Source: an uncultured Gammaproteobacteria bacterium (GTDB taxonomy: Bacteria > Patescibacteriota > Microgenomatia > Daviesbacterales > UBA10151). From it: 64,000 nt of DNA. The notes below the pieces were generated by a model that saw only the letters and a list, made by a program, of their open reading frames with translations, ran no database searches and was not told the origin of the DNA. Positions 46,051-54,567 of the stretch are shown in pieces; the stretch's first letter is position 1; each line of letters begins with the position of its first letter. The DNA lies in assembly GCA_964551605.1 (NCBI GenBank), contig CAZKCV010000001.1, positions 136,898 to 200,897 of the forward strand. The letters are read 5' to 3'. A program made the translations under genes and the position numbers.

Positions 46051-46202
46051 TCCCTACCTAGCACGTTAAAAGCCAAAATATTTTTCTTCACTGATTTGAT
46101 ACTTTACGGGAATCCGGAGTGTGTTAAAGCTTCTGCCCAAACACCAGGATACCCACCTTAGCATTGCTGAGGAAGAAATTTGGCTATCGGCTATCGTAGG
46201 GA
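46051..46202 (+). ncRNA. Candidate 6S RNA (rod-like hairpin with central bubble)
   Basis: Pairings TCCCTAC/GTAGGGA, TAGC/GCTA, AGCCAAA/TTTGGCT, TTTCTTC/GAAGAAA; unpaired bubble; apical GGG.ATCC..GTGT/ACAC..GGAT.CCC. Confidence 0.6.
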
Positions 46203-46333
46203 GGAATTATTTTCTTTCTGACCTGATTGATAATTCTAAAAATTCATTAAGATGGGCTAAAAAAGTCCATTTGCTTCTGTTATTTAATTTTCCACTAACT
46301 TTTTATATCTAAACTTGATAAAATATACCTTGT

Positions 46334-46408
46334 GCCGAAGTAGCTCAGCTGGCCTAGAGCGCCACTTTTGTAAAGTGGATGTCGTGGGTTCAAATCCCAC
46401 CTTCGGCT
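46334..46408 (+). tRNA. tRNA-Thr(TGT)
   Basis: Acceptor GCCGAAG/CTTCGGC, anticodon arm CCACT-TTTGTAA-AGTGG, T-loop GTTCAAATC. Confidence 0.96.
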
Positions 46409-46414
46409 CAGAAC

Positions 46415-46489
46415 GCCGACATAGCTTAGTGGTAAAGCACTTCATTGGTAATGAAGAGACCGTGGGTTCGATCCCCACTGTCGGCTCCA
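46415..46489 (+). tRNA. tRNA-Thr(GGT)
   Basis: Acceptor GCCGACA/TGTCGGC, anticodon arm CTTCA-TTGGTAA-TGAAG, T-loop GTTCGATC, encoded CCA. Confidence 0.96.
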
Positions 46490-46532
46490 ACGAACATAGA
46501 CATCAGTATAACATCTATGTTATACTATTTTT

Positions 46533-46805
46533 ATGAGTAAATGGGAAGATTTAGAAAAAGAATTATTATCCGATCCAAAGACAAAAAAGGAGTATGACAA
46601 ACTTGCTCCCCGTTACGCAGTAATCTCGGCTCTAATTGATGCCCGTACCAAAAAGGGATTAACTCAAAAAGAACTTGCCCAAAAGATTGGTACCAAACAA
46701 TCTGCTATAGCAAGACTGGAATCAGGTAGCGTTAACCCCTCACTCGAGTTTCTGCAAAAAATCGCCCAAGTCATGGGGTATAAATTAACTATCCAACTCC
46801 GATAG
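46533..46805 (+). CDS. XRE-family HTH protein (orphan HigA-like antitoxin)
   Basis: ARTKKGLTQKELA..IGTKQSAIARLESG..NPSL; paralog of 34973..35272. Confidence 0.88.
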   Translation: MSKWEDLEKELLSDPKTKKEYDKLAPRYAVISALIDARTKKGLTQKELAQKIGTKQSAIARLESGSVNPSLEFLQKIAQVMGYKLTIQLR

Positions 46806-46826
46806 CATGTATTTCCCGCTCTCAAT

Positions 46827-47738
46827 TTACGGGGTTTCTACTTCTACCTGGATATATTTTACTTCCGGCACTTTACTTTTAATTTCTGCCTTGATCCTAT
46901 CCATGATTTTTTCAATATCAGTAGTAGTTAAATTCCTTTTTAAGTTTACTTCCGCATTTACCAGCAGCTTTTCCGAGCCTATATGAATGGTTTTTAGCTC
47001 CAGTACTTTCTTAACTTCCGGGGCCATCATAATAGCCCGGCGGATTTTATTTTCCACCTCCTCAGAAGCGCTTTGCCCAATAATCAACTCCCTGATCGGC
47101 ATCATCAGCAACACTCCAAAGACGGCCAAAAGTCCGCCGATCACCATGGCTCCCAGCCCATCAAACAACAGATTCCCGGTAATTTGATAAAAGACTAAAG
47201 CTGTCAAACCTGATACTGCAGCCAGGGCACCCATCAAATCCAGCACAAAGGCAGTTTTTGTTTCAATTAAAGGAGAATTAACAAAGGCTTGCCTGATTTT
47301 TAAGATACTTTTACCCTTTAATAATCTTCTGGAACTTAAGGATAAAGCATAACCATTGGTCATGGTGCTTAAAACCAAGATGCCGAAAGCCAGGTAGATA
47401 TTGTTGATCGGCAATGGGCTAAGAAACCTCTGCCAACCAAAATAGAACGAGAGTGTAGAAGTTACGCCTAAAATCAGTACGCTGGCCAGCATGGTCCAGA
47501 AATACAGTTCCAAACCATATCCAAACGGGTGCTTTTTATCCGAAGGCTTACGGGAACGGACTAAACCAATTAGCAAAAAGCCGGCTGCTGCTAAATCTGC
47601 CAAACCCTGCAGTGTTTCAGCTATCATGACCACGCTGCCGGAAAGAATAGCCACCGTAAAATTGGTTAAAACATCCAGCAGGTCAACCAAAAAGGAAGTA
47701 ATTATGACTCTACCGGCAGAAGGGGCTGATTGCATCAC
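46827..47738 (-). CDS. Cation diffusion facilitator family transporter
   Basis: SGS..MIAE..Q..AD, D..HPFGYG and C-terminal dimerisation domain. Confidence 0.9.
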   Translation of the reverse strand: MMQSAPSAGRVIITSFLVDLLDVLTNFTVAILSGSVVMIAETLQGLADLAAAGFLLIGLVRSRKPSDKKHPFGYGLELYFWTMLASVLILGVTSTLSFYFGWQRFLSPLPINNIYLAFGILVLSTMTNGYALSLSSRRLLKGKSILKIRQAFVNSPLIETKTAFVLDLMGALAAVSGLTALVFYQITGNLLFDGLGAMVIGGLLAVFGVLLMMPIRELIIGQSASEEVENKIRRAIMMAPEVKKVLELKTIHIGSEKLLVNAEVNLKRNLTTTDIEKIMDRIKAEIKSKVPEVKYIQVEVETP

Positions 47739-47766
47739 TTAAAATTATAATATATAATCCCCTGAT

Positions 47767-47934
47767 ATGGCGAAAAAGGGGAATAGACAATTATTTATCT
47801 TCCAGTGTTCTGTTTGCAAAAACAGGAATTATACTGCCACAAAAAACACGGTCAATATAAAAGAAAAACTTACTTTGAGTAAATTCTGTAAACACTGCCG
47901 CAAGACCACGGAACACAAAGAAATCAAACTCTAG
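47767..47934 (+). CDS. rpmG: 50S ribosomal protein L33 (below the ORF track cutoff)
   Basis: Hand translation MAKKGNRQLFIFQCSVCKNRNYTATKNTVNIKEKLTLSKFCKHCRKTTEHKEIKL. Confidence 0.96.
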   Translation: MAKKGNRQLFIFQCSVCKNRNYTATKNTVNIKEKLTLSKFCKHCRKTTEHKEIKL

Positions 47935-47947
47935 CCATTTACTTCAT

Positions 47948-47974
47948 GTCATTCTGAGCGTAACGAAGAATCTC
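47948..47974. repeat. Single GTCATTCTGAG-family half element
   Basis: GTCATTCTGAGCGTAACGAAGAATCTC; matches the left arm at 52917. Confidence 0.8.
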
Positions 47975-48052
47975 AAGATTTAATTCACATTTACCTATTA
48001 ATTTAATTATTGACGAATATAAATCGAACCATGTAGTATGGTTATATAACAT

Positions 48053-48715
48053 ATGGCTTACAAAATGGAACTTAAGGGGAGGGCTATAAACTTAAGAGAA
48101 CAGGGTTATTCCATCAAAGAAATTGCAAAACTTCTCAGTATTGCAAAAAGCACTTCATCTGCATGGCTCAGTAATATTATGCTGTCCCCTAAGGCACAGG
48201 AAAGATTAAAGTCTCGTAGAATTTTAGGACAATACAAATCTATAGAAATCGCACGTAAAAAAAGGGTTGCGCAACAGCTAATATTAACAAATGAGGCTAA
48301 CCAACTTTTATCGAAAGTCTCAATCAATCCAGCAATATGTAAATTATGTTGCGCCCTACTCTTTTGGTGTGAAGGTGCTAAAACCAATACTCTAGTGAAA
48401 TTCACAAATTCAGACCCATCTCTAATAAAATTATTTCTTGATTTACTAAGAACAGGGTTTAAAATTGATGAATCAAAACTAAGAATCCTTATGCATTTAC
48501 ATGAATATCATGTGGAAGAGAAGCAAAAAATATTTTGGAGAGAGATCACTAAAATTCCCCTAGAACAATTCCACAGATCATATCTAAAACCTCACACAGG
48601 GAAACGGAAACATCCGAATTATCCTGGCTGCATTTCTGTAACATATTACAATGCTAAAGTTGCAAAAGAGTTAGCTACAATCTACAATACTTTTGTACAA
48701 AGGGGCGTCCGTTAA
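48053..48715 (+). CDS. HTH plus LAGLIDADG/WhiA-like domain protein overlapping tRNA-Trp
   Basis: LREQGYSIKEIAKLLSIAKSTSSAW HTH; ALLFWCEG and FTNSDPSLIKLF motifs; TTGACG/TAGTAT promoter. Confidence 0.75.
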   Translation: MAYKMELKGRAINLREQGYSIKEIAKLLSIAKSTSSAWLSNIMLSPKAQERLKSRRILGQYKSIEIARKKRVAQQLILTNEANQLLSKVSINPAICKLCCALLFWCEGAKTNTLVKFTNSDPSLIKLFLDLLRTGFKIDESKLRILMHLHEYHVEEKQKIFWREITKIPLEQFHRSYLKPHTGKRKHPNYPGCISVTYYNAKVAKELATIYNTFVQRGVR

Positions 48716-48772
48716 CTGGTAAACGGTTTCTCTCCAAAAGAAATCCTGCAGGTTCGAGTCCTGCCGCCCCTG
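48701..48772 (+). tRNA. tRNA-Trp(CCA)
   Basis: Acceptor AGGGGCG/CGCCCCT, D-stem CGTT/AACG, anticodon arm TTTCT-CTCCAAA-AGAAA, T-arm GCAGG-TTCGAGT-CCTGC. Confidence 0.95.
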
Positions 48773-48785
48773 CATTATTATGAAT

Positions 48786-49175
48786 TCATTTAGCGGTGAG
48801 TTTATGGAGATCTTTGTCAAAAGTGAAAAGTTCTGCTTTTTCAATCTCAGCTTTTGAAAATAAAAAAGAATCAACAAAACTAACGTCTTCTTTTTCATAA
48901 AGAGTAAGCGCTTTGCTAAAAATATCCCGTGATTCAATATTTATATATTTTGTAGCAACTAACGGTTTTAGCTGTTTAATCACTACGGATTTATTATAAA
49001 GATAATATTTACGTAGGATGAAATCTAATTCAAAAATAGTCGCCTGGGCAACACAAAGCTTAATCTCATTACGCTTTGCTCTATTTAGTAACTGTTCACA
49101 GGCTTCTTTCTGTTGGGGAATATCATTGAGGAGAAAATGGAGTAAGACATTTGTGTCAACAATTATTGACTTCAT
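48786..49175 (-). CDS. PIN-domain (VapC) toxin
   Basis: IVDTNVLL, E, SFVD, LFTFD acidic PIN residues. Confidence 0.9.
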   Translation of the reverse strand: MKSIIVDTNVLLHFLLNDIPQQKEACEQLLNRAKRNEIKLCVAQATIFELDFILRKYYLYNKSVVIKQLKPLVATKYINIESRDIFSKALTLYEKEDVSFVDSFLFSKAEIEKAELFTFDKDLHKLTAK

Positions 49176-49435
49176 TTTACTTTCTCAAGTTTTTTTTCGT
49201 ATTCTTCTGCAATAGTTTTTCCTACAAAATCGTCAAGCTCTTGATTAGATAATGGTCTTTTATTCGTTTTCAGTGATCCTGCAAGTTCCAAAAAATCTTT
49301 TACCGGTTCAATAATCAACTTTTCACCCTCCAGGGAAACCAGGGCTTTTTTACCTTTATTTAATCCTAACTCCCTTCGGAATCCGGCCGGAATACTTATT
49401 TGACCCTGGGATGTAATGGAAACTGTATATGTCAT
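49172..49435 (-). CDS. AbrB/MazE-family antitoxin
   Basis: ITSQGQISIPA..R..LG; ATGA overlap with the PIN gene. Confidence 0.92.
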   Translation of the reverse strand: MTYTVSITSQGQISIPAGFRRELGLNKGKKALVSLEGEKLIIEPVKDFLELAGSLKTNKRPLSNQELDDFVGKTIAEEYEKKLEKVK

Positions 49436-49492
49436 ACATTAAATTTATCATAGTATATTACATTTGTCAATATACATTAACTTCGATAAGAT

Positions 49493-50215
49493 TTAAAAGT
49501 TTACCTTAATCCGGGCTGATTGGACAAACAATTGCTTTCCCTGACTGGACTTGACCTGGATGGTATAGGTTTTTTGGCCACCGGGAAGCTTAAAAGTACC
49601 GGAAGTTTGCAGGCTAAAAGTATTGCTGGTGGTGGAAACTTCCGAAGAGATGGCGCTGCCCTCAGTTACATTGTATAACCGGACATAACCGGTGCCGGCA
49701 AGCTCAGTCAGCCTCAGATTCACCTCCAGCTGCATACTGGTATAACCGGCATAACTGTCAGGATTTATGGAAGCCTGATATTCATTTAAGGTATTGTAGT
49801 CCTGGTCTGTCCAGGGCCCCCCTCCGGCGCCAAGCGGGATATACAGGGGCGACTTGGAAACGCTGGCAGGAGCCGGGGAGGCTTTCTCCAGGCTCGAAAC
49901 CCGGGCCTTTAGCTCTGTGACTGCAGATTCAAGATCCTTGACCTTGGAATCCAGGGAACCGGTTGTGGTATCGGATTTTGATGGCTTAAGGTTATTAACC
50001 TTTGATGCCAATTTGGCGACTATATCTTCCAGACTTTTTAGTCTATCTTCTGCGGTTGCCTCAGGCAAGGTCTTGGGGACCTCTATCGGGCCTTTGTCCG
50101 CTACTTGTTCTGTCTTGGCGGAAGGAGAACCGGGCTTACTTCCGGTAAGCCGCCAGTAACCAAGCCCGGCCACTATTAAAACAGGCACCAAAATAAAGGG
50201 CAGCAGTTTAATCAC
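49493..50215 (-). CDS. Hypothetical membrane-anchored coiled-coil/beta-domain protein
   Basis: N-terminal TM, two coiled-coil segments, beta-rich C-terminus. Confidence 0.75.
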   Translation of the reverse strand: MIKLLPFILVPVLIVAGLGYWRLTGSKPGSPSAKTEQVADKGPIEVPKTLPEATAEDRLKSLEDIVAKLASKVNNLKPSKSDTTTGSLDSKVKDLESAVTELKARVSSLEKASPAPASVSKSPLYIPLGAGGGPWTDQDYNTLNEYQASINPDSYAGYTSMQLEVNLRLTELAGTGYVRLYNVTEGSAISSEVSTTSNTFSLQTSGTFKLPGGQKTYTIQVKSSQGKQLFVQSARIKVNF

Positions 50216-50290
50216 AAATTAATCATAACATATCCTCCTTTGCTTGACTTTAGAACCCATAGTATGATAAAATACGCACTTTGTACCAAT

Positions 50291-50959
50291 ATGAAAAAAC
50301 CTATACAATTTTTTGCCCTTATTCCTCTCACTCTTAGTTCCCTGTTAGGGTTTGACGCTAATCAGCAGCTTCTCAATCCTCTGGAGAAGAATCATTTGTT
50401 GGCTTACCGGGAGATGTCTTTGGATAACCGCCAGCCTGACAGGTTTGTTAATGATGTGTTTAAGAAAAACATCCTGCTGAATATGGCTTACCTGAGAGGC
50501 CGGGTAACCAAAGCGGCTGATATTAAATGGGAAGAGATGGAAAAACCATTTCAATATGAGTTTAAACTGGAGCCTAATAAGACCTTTGCCTTTCATTCAG
50601 ATGTAAAGGCTGAGTATCAGGAGCTATTGGTCAAAACCACTAATGCCCATTTTAATGCTGCTGAAGGATTTAAGACAGACGGCTATCTTTTTGGTGACGG
50701 AGTCTGTCATTTGGCTTCCATAATCAATTGGGCTGCCCGGGATGCCGGACTTTCAGTAGAAGCCCCCACCAGCCATGACTTTGCCGCGATTCCGGATGTA
50801 CCCAGGGAATACGGGGTATCTATTTACTCAAATCCCGCTGCCAAGGGCTCCAATATCCGACAAAACCTTTATATTACCAATAATAAAAGTAAGCCTATTT
50901 CCTTTAAGTTTGAGTATCGGGATAATAAACTCAAGGTATCAGTAGTTGAGCTAAATTAA
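50291..50959 (+). CDS. VanW family protein
   Basis: GDGVCHLAS resembles VanW GGGVCQVST; LYITNN; signal-like N-terminus. Confidence 0.7.
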   Translation: MKKPIQFFALIPLTLSSLLGFDANQQLLNPLEKNHLLAYREMSLDNRQPDRFVNDVFKKNILLNMAYLRGRVTKAADIKWEEMEKPFQYEFKLEPNKTFAFHSDVKAEYQELLVKTTNAHFNAAEGFKTDGYLFGDGVCHLASIINWAARDAGLSVEAPTSHDFAAIPDVPREYGVSIYSNPAAKGSNIRQNLYITNNKSKPISFKFEYRDNKLKVSVVELN

Positions 50960-50994
50960 GTTATGTCAACTACATTCAGTTTACATGAACGTAG

Positions 50995-51501
50995 TCAACG
51001 GCCCACATTATCAGATTCAATTACCAACACCCAATCACCAATATCCAGTTCTTTTATTAGACTGCGGAGTTTATCTGTAACATTTTTCTTGGAGGCCCAG
51101 ACACTCTTTTGCCAAAGCTTAAAATCCCACATTTTTAATCTTCTCCGCAAAACATCACGCACCAACCGTTTGCTCTCAGGTACATCAAAGACCACAATCC
51201 TCCACTTTCCATCCCATTTAATTTCATCTTCAGGCTTTGAAAACAAAAGAAATTCCCGGCCGGCTTCTGTTAACCTTAAAATAATTTTGCCTGCATCTTT
51301 TTCTGTAGCTTGCTCTATAAACCCTTTCTCTCTTAACCTCTTAAGGGCCTGGGCTAAAGAAGCCTTTTTGAGTTCCGGAGCTCCATAATGGTAACGGTAG
51401 TGATGGTAAGCAAAATCCTCTAACCTGACATAACCATCAACCGCTTTTTCCAAAGCCAACAGGACTAATTTCCCAATACTTTCTTTTTTCCCCATATACA
51501 A
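50995..51501 (-). CDS. PaaX-like regulator (wHTH plus Cas2-like ferredoxin fold)
   Basis: RLTEAG, WDGKWRIVVFDVPE, QKSVW. Confidence 0.82.
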   Translation of the reverse strand: MYMGKKESIGKLVLLALEKAVDGYVRLEDFAYHHYRYHYGAPELKKASLAQALKRLREKGFIEQATEKDAGKIILRLTEAGREFLLFSKPEDEIKWDGKWRIVVFDVPESKRLVRDVLRRRLKMWDFKLWQKSVWASKKNVTDKLRSLIKELDIGDWVLVIESDNVGR

Positions 51502-51574
51502 AACATACCACGATCGTTGTATATCTTGTCAATAATGCTTTACAAATGTGTATACTCTATCCTAATATGAAACT

Positions 51575-52909
51575 ATGCCTCAAAAAAGTACCATACCAGT
51601 AAATCCCCACCAGGAACACCATGACCACAAGACCCTAAAATTCCCGGACGGGTTTTTATGGGGCTCAGCCACCAGTGCCCATCAGGTAGAAGGTAATAAT
51701 GTATACAGTGACTGGTGGCGGTGGGAATCCCTCCCCGGCCATGCCAGGTCAGGACAAGCATGCAATCAATATGAGCTTTACGAACAGGACTTTGACCTGA
51801 TTAAAAGCTTAAACCACAATGCCCACCGGCTTTCCCTGGAATGGGCAAGAATCGAACCAAAAGAAGGTGAATTTGACTTTAGCGCCATTGAGCACTATAA
51901 ACAGGTCTTTTCAGCCCTTAAAAAACGGGGCTTAAAGGTCATGTTGACTTTATGGCACTTTACCCTGCCACAATGGGTAGCAGATAAAGGCGGCTGGGAG
52001 TCCGGCAGAACCGTGAAATACTTTGAGCGGTTTGTTAAAAAAATTGTCCCGGAGATAGCCGGATATGTTGATTTCTGGATTACCCTTAACGAACCCGGAG
52101 TATATATCTATGAAACATATATAGCAAGAATCTGGCCTCATTCAAAAAAAAGCCGGTTCGGACAGCTTAAAACTTTCCTAAACCTGGTGACTGCCCATAA
52201 AAAAGTCTATAAATACCTGCATTCAGCCACCAAGGCCCCGGTGGGAATTGCCAACAATATCCTCTCTTTCCAGTCTTATCATAAACATTCTTTTAAGGAG
52301 CAGATTGCCGTCTCAATTAATGACCTGTTTGTAAACCATTTGTTTTATATGTTTACCAAGGGCAAACATGATTTCCTGGGGATCAATTATTACTTTCATA
52401 TCCGTTTTAAGAATGATGACTTAATAGCCAGGGAGGAGCATCTGGGTGAACAGGTCCGCGAGGTTTCGGATCTCGGATGGGAGATTTATCCCGAAGGGAT
52501 TTTTGAAGTGCTGACTGACCTGGCTGACGGTATTCCTATTTATATTACCGAATGCGGAATTGCCTCTACCAATGATGACAGAAGAAACCGCTTCCTGATT
52601 TCGTACCTCCAGGAAGTAGCCAGGGCTATCAGATCCGGGGTTAATGTCAAAGGCTTTTTTTACTGGTCACTTTTGGATAATTTTGAATGGCACTTGGGGT
52701 TTGAACCTAAGTTTGGCCTGGTAGAGGTGGATTTTAAGACCCAGGCCAGGAAAATTAGGCCTTCCGCCTTAGTGTATACAGATATTATTCAACATAACGG
52801 AATTCCCCATTCCCTGCTGAGATTTCTCGGGCACACCATCCAGGCAGAAGAGGTGTTGGAAAAGAGGCTTAAAGAGATAGAAAAAGAGATTGATTTGAAA
52901 ACTAAATAA
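51575..52909 (+). CDS. Glycoside hydrolase family 1 (beta-glucosidase-like)
   Basis: FLWGSATSAHQVEG, TLNEP, ITECG, YWSLLDNFEW. Confidence 0.95.
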   Translation: MPQKSTIPVNPHQEHHDHKTLKFPDGFLWGSATSAHQVEGNNVYSDWWRWESLPGHARSGQACNQYELYEQDFDLIKSLNHNAHRLSLEWARIEPKEGEFDFSAIEHYKQVFSALKKRGLKVMLTLWHFTLPQWVADKGGWESGRTVKYFERFVKKIVPEIAGYVDFWITLNEPGVYIYETYIARIWPHSKKSRFGQLKTFLNLVTAHKKVYKYLHSATKAPVGIANNILSFQSYHKHSFKEQIAVSINDLFVNHLFYMFTKGKHDFLGINYYFHIRFKNDDLIAREEHLGEQVREVSDLGWEIYPEGIFEVLTDLADGIPIYITECGIASTNDDRRNRFLISYLQEVARAIRSGVNVKGFFYWSLLDNFEWHLGFEPKFGLVEVDFKTQARKIRPSALVYTDIIQHNGIPHSLLRFLGHTIQAEEVLEKRLKEIEKEIDLKTK

Positions 52910-52916
52910 AATTATT

Positions 52917-52984
52917 GTCATTCTGAGCGAAGCGAAGAATATAACTTAATGATTATATCCTTCGGCTAATCGCCTCAGGATGAC
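52917..52984. repeat. GTCATTCTGAG...CTCAGGATGAC palindromic dimer, intergenic
   Basis: Inverted arms, each with an internal hairpin. Confidence 0.85.
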
Positions 52985-52991
52985 AGGGATT

Positions 52992-53957
52992 ATGAATCAT
53001 TTACCATTTACCCTTACTGCCTACCTTTTGAATGCCCTGGCGGTTTTAGCCAATAAATTTTTGCTTAATAAAGCCATCCCCGACCCTTTAGTGTATGTTT
53101 TTTATATCAGCGTTGTCTCTTTATTTGCAGTTTTAGTCCTACCCTTTACCAATACCCCGGCCCTTTCCACTTTTTATCTGGCATCAGTTTCTACCGTTCT
53201 TTGGACGCTGGGTGCCTATTTCATGTTTAAAGCCCTAAAATTAGGCAATGTTTCGCGGGTGATTCCGATTATCGGTACCCTGATTCCCCTGTTTTTGCTT
53301 ATCTTTGCGGTGGGAACCGGAACTATTACTACTACTCAAACCTGGGCAGTCTGGTTTTTGGTAGCCGGTATTGTATTTTTAACTATTACAGATTGGCAGG
53401 CCCGCCTGCCAGCGCCTGAGCGCCCGCCTGCCACGACTGTGGCATGTCGGGCAGGCAGCGATGGCGGGCAGGGGAAATTCAGTATCAGGGAAATTGTATT
53501 TGAACTGCTTTCAGCCGGCCTTTTTGCCGTCTCCTATGTTTTCTTAAGACAGGCTTATTTAAGCTTGGACTTTTTCTCAGTCCTGATCTGGTCCAGATTG
53601 ATCCTGCTGCCTCTTTGTTTAATTATGCTGATTATCCCGGCTTTAAGAAGAAAAATTATCACCTCAAATGGCCTAAAAATTAACTTTTTTTCTAAACCCG
53701 GCTTGGTGTTCCTGGGCGGACAATTAAGCGGCGCCTCCTCAGAGTTTCTACTGCTCTTTTCCATTTCCTTGGCTAACCCAGCCTTAGTCAATTCCCTACA
53801 AGGCACCCAATACGTCTTTTTACTGATCTTTGCTTTAGTCTTAGGCCGGGAATACCCAAAAGTTTTTGAAGAAAAATATACCTTCAAAGAGTTAATAGTA
53901 AAAGTTATCGGGATTGGACTTCTGAGCTTTGGGATCTACCTGCTGGCCGCTACTTGA
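52992..53957 (+). CDS. EamA/DMT family transporter
   Basis: About 10 TM helices in two repeats; the upstream ATG at 52980 comes from the repeat. Confidence 0.8.
   Translation: MNHLPFTLTAYLLNALAVLANKFLLNKAIPDPLVYVFYISVVSLFAVLVLPFTNTPALSTFYLASVSTVLWTLGAYFMFKALKLGNVSRVIPIIGTLIPLFLLIFAVGTGTITTTQTWAVWFLVAGIVFLTITDWQARLPAPERPPATTVACRAGSDGGQGKFSIREIVFELLSAGLFAVSYVFLRQAYLSLDFFSVLIWSRLILLPLCLIMLIIPALRRKIITSNGLKINFFSKPGLVFLGGQLSGASSEFLLLFSISLANPALVNSLQGTQYVFLLIFALVLGREYPKVFEEKYTFKELIVKVIGIGLLSFGIYLLAAT
53400..53472. repeat. Nested GCCCGCCTGCC palindromes, in frame in the EamA gene
   Basis: Two GCCCGCCTGCCA heads followed by two CGGGCAGG tails; encodes ARLPAPERPPATTVACRAGSDGGQ. Confidence 0.85.
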
Positions 53958-53980
53958 CATAAAAGTGATACAATTATGTA

Positions 53981-54117
53981 ATGAAAAATCCCGCTCCAAG
54001 GCAGAAATAGCAAAACTCATGAAGAAACTGGATAAGATCGCGGCAGAGAATGCCAAATATACAAAAGGTTTTGATTCTGTTAAAGCCTTAAGGGAAATAC
54101 GCTATCAAGACCAATGA
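53981..54117 (+). pseudogene. Degraded VapB-like antitoxin remnant
   Basis: C-terminal DSVKALREIR; ATGA overlap with the PIN remnant; TTGACA promoter upstream; no intact N-terminal DNA-binding domain. Confidence 0.5.
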
Positions 54118-54233
54118 TTATAGCCGTATACGCAGTTTTGGCAAAAGAGAAAAAATGTCCTTTGATCACAGCTGATGAAAAGTTTGTCGGTGCTGTCAAA
54201 TTATCCTTTGTCAAAAACCTGCAGGATTATTAA
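54114..54233 (+). pseudogene. Internally deleted VapC/PIN toxin remnant (39 aa)
   Basis: Hand translation MIIAVYAVLAKEKKCPLITADEKFVGAVKLSFVKNLQDY: PIN C-terminal A.Y..LA...LITAD.K fused to MII. Confidence 0.7.
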
Positions 54234-54234
54234 C

Positions 54235-54528
54235 TTATGGAAAGTCCGGTTTGGGGTTTAGTTTCTGTCTGAGAGCTTCGCTTTCCGCCTTATCTTGCGC
54301 TGTTTGAACTTCTTGAGCTTTAACTCTTTGGTCTCTTAAATTCATCAATCCAGAACTTTCTTGTGATGGGATGCCGGCTGAACTGGCACCCAAATCGCGG
54401 TTATCTAAGTCTGCTAAAGCACCGGCGACTGCTTTTATTCCGAATGCGCTCGCTAATATAAACAAAACTACAAATCCCGCTCTAATAAGTTTTTCTTTTG
54501 TGTCCGGTCCAGGTTTCAATCTTTCCAT
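54235..54528 (-). CDS. Hypothetical single-TM protein
   Basis: MERLK start, one TM helix. Confidence 0.6.
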   Translation of the reverse strand: MERLKPGPDTKEKLIRAGFVVLFILASAFGIKAVAGALADLDNRDLGASSAGIPSQESSGLMNLRDQRVKAQEVQTAQDKAESEALRQKLNPKPDFP

Positions 54529-54567
54529 TAGAATAATATTCTACACTATGGGACTTTGCTTGTCAAG

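Noticed and set aside
46121-46536. Short ORFs 46121..46312, 46284..46490 and 46315..46536
   Set aside because: They overlap the candidate ncRNA and two clear tRNA genes.
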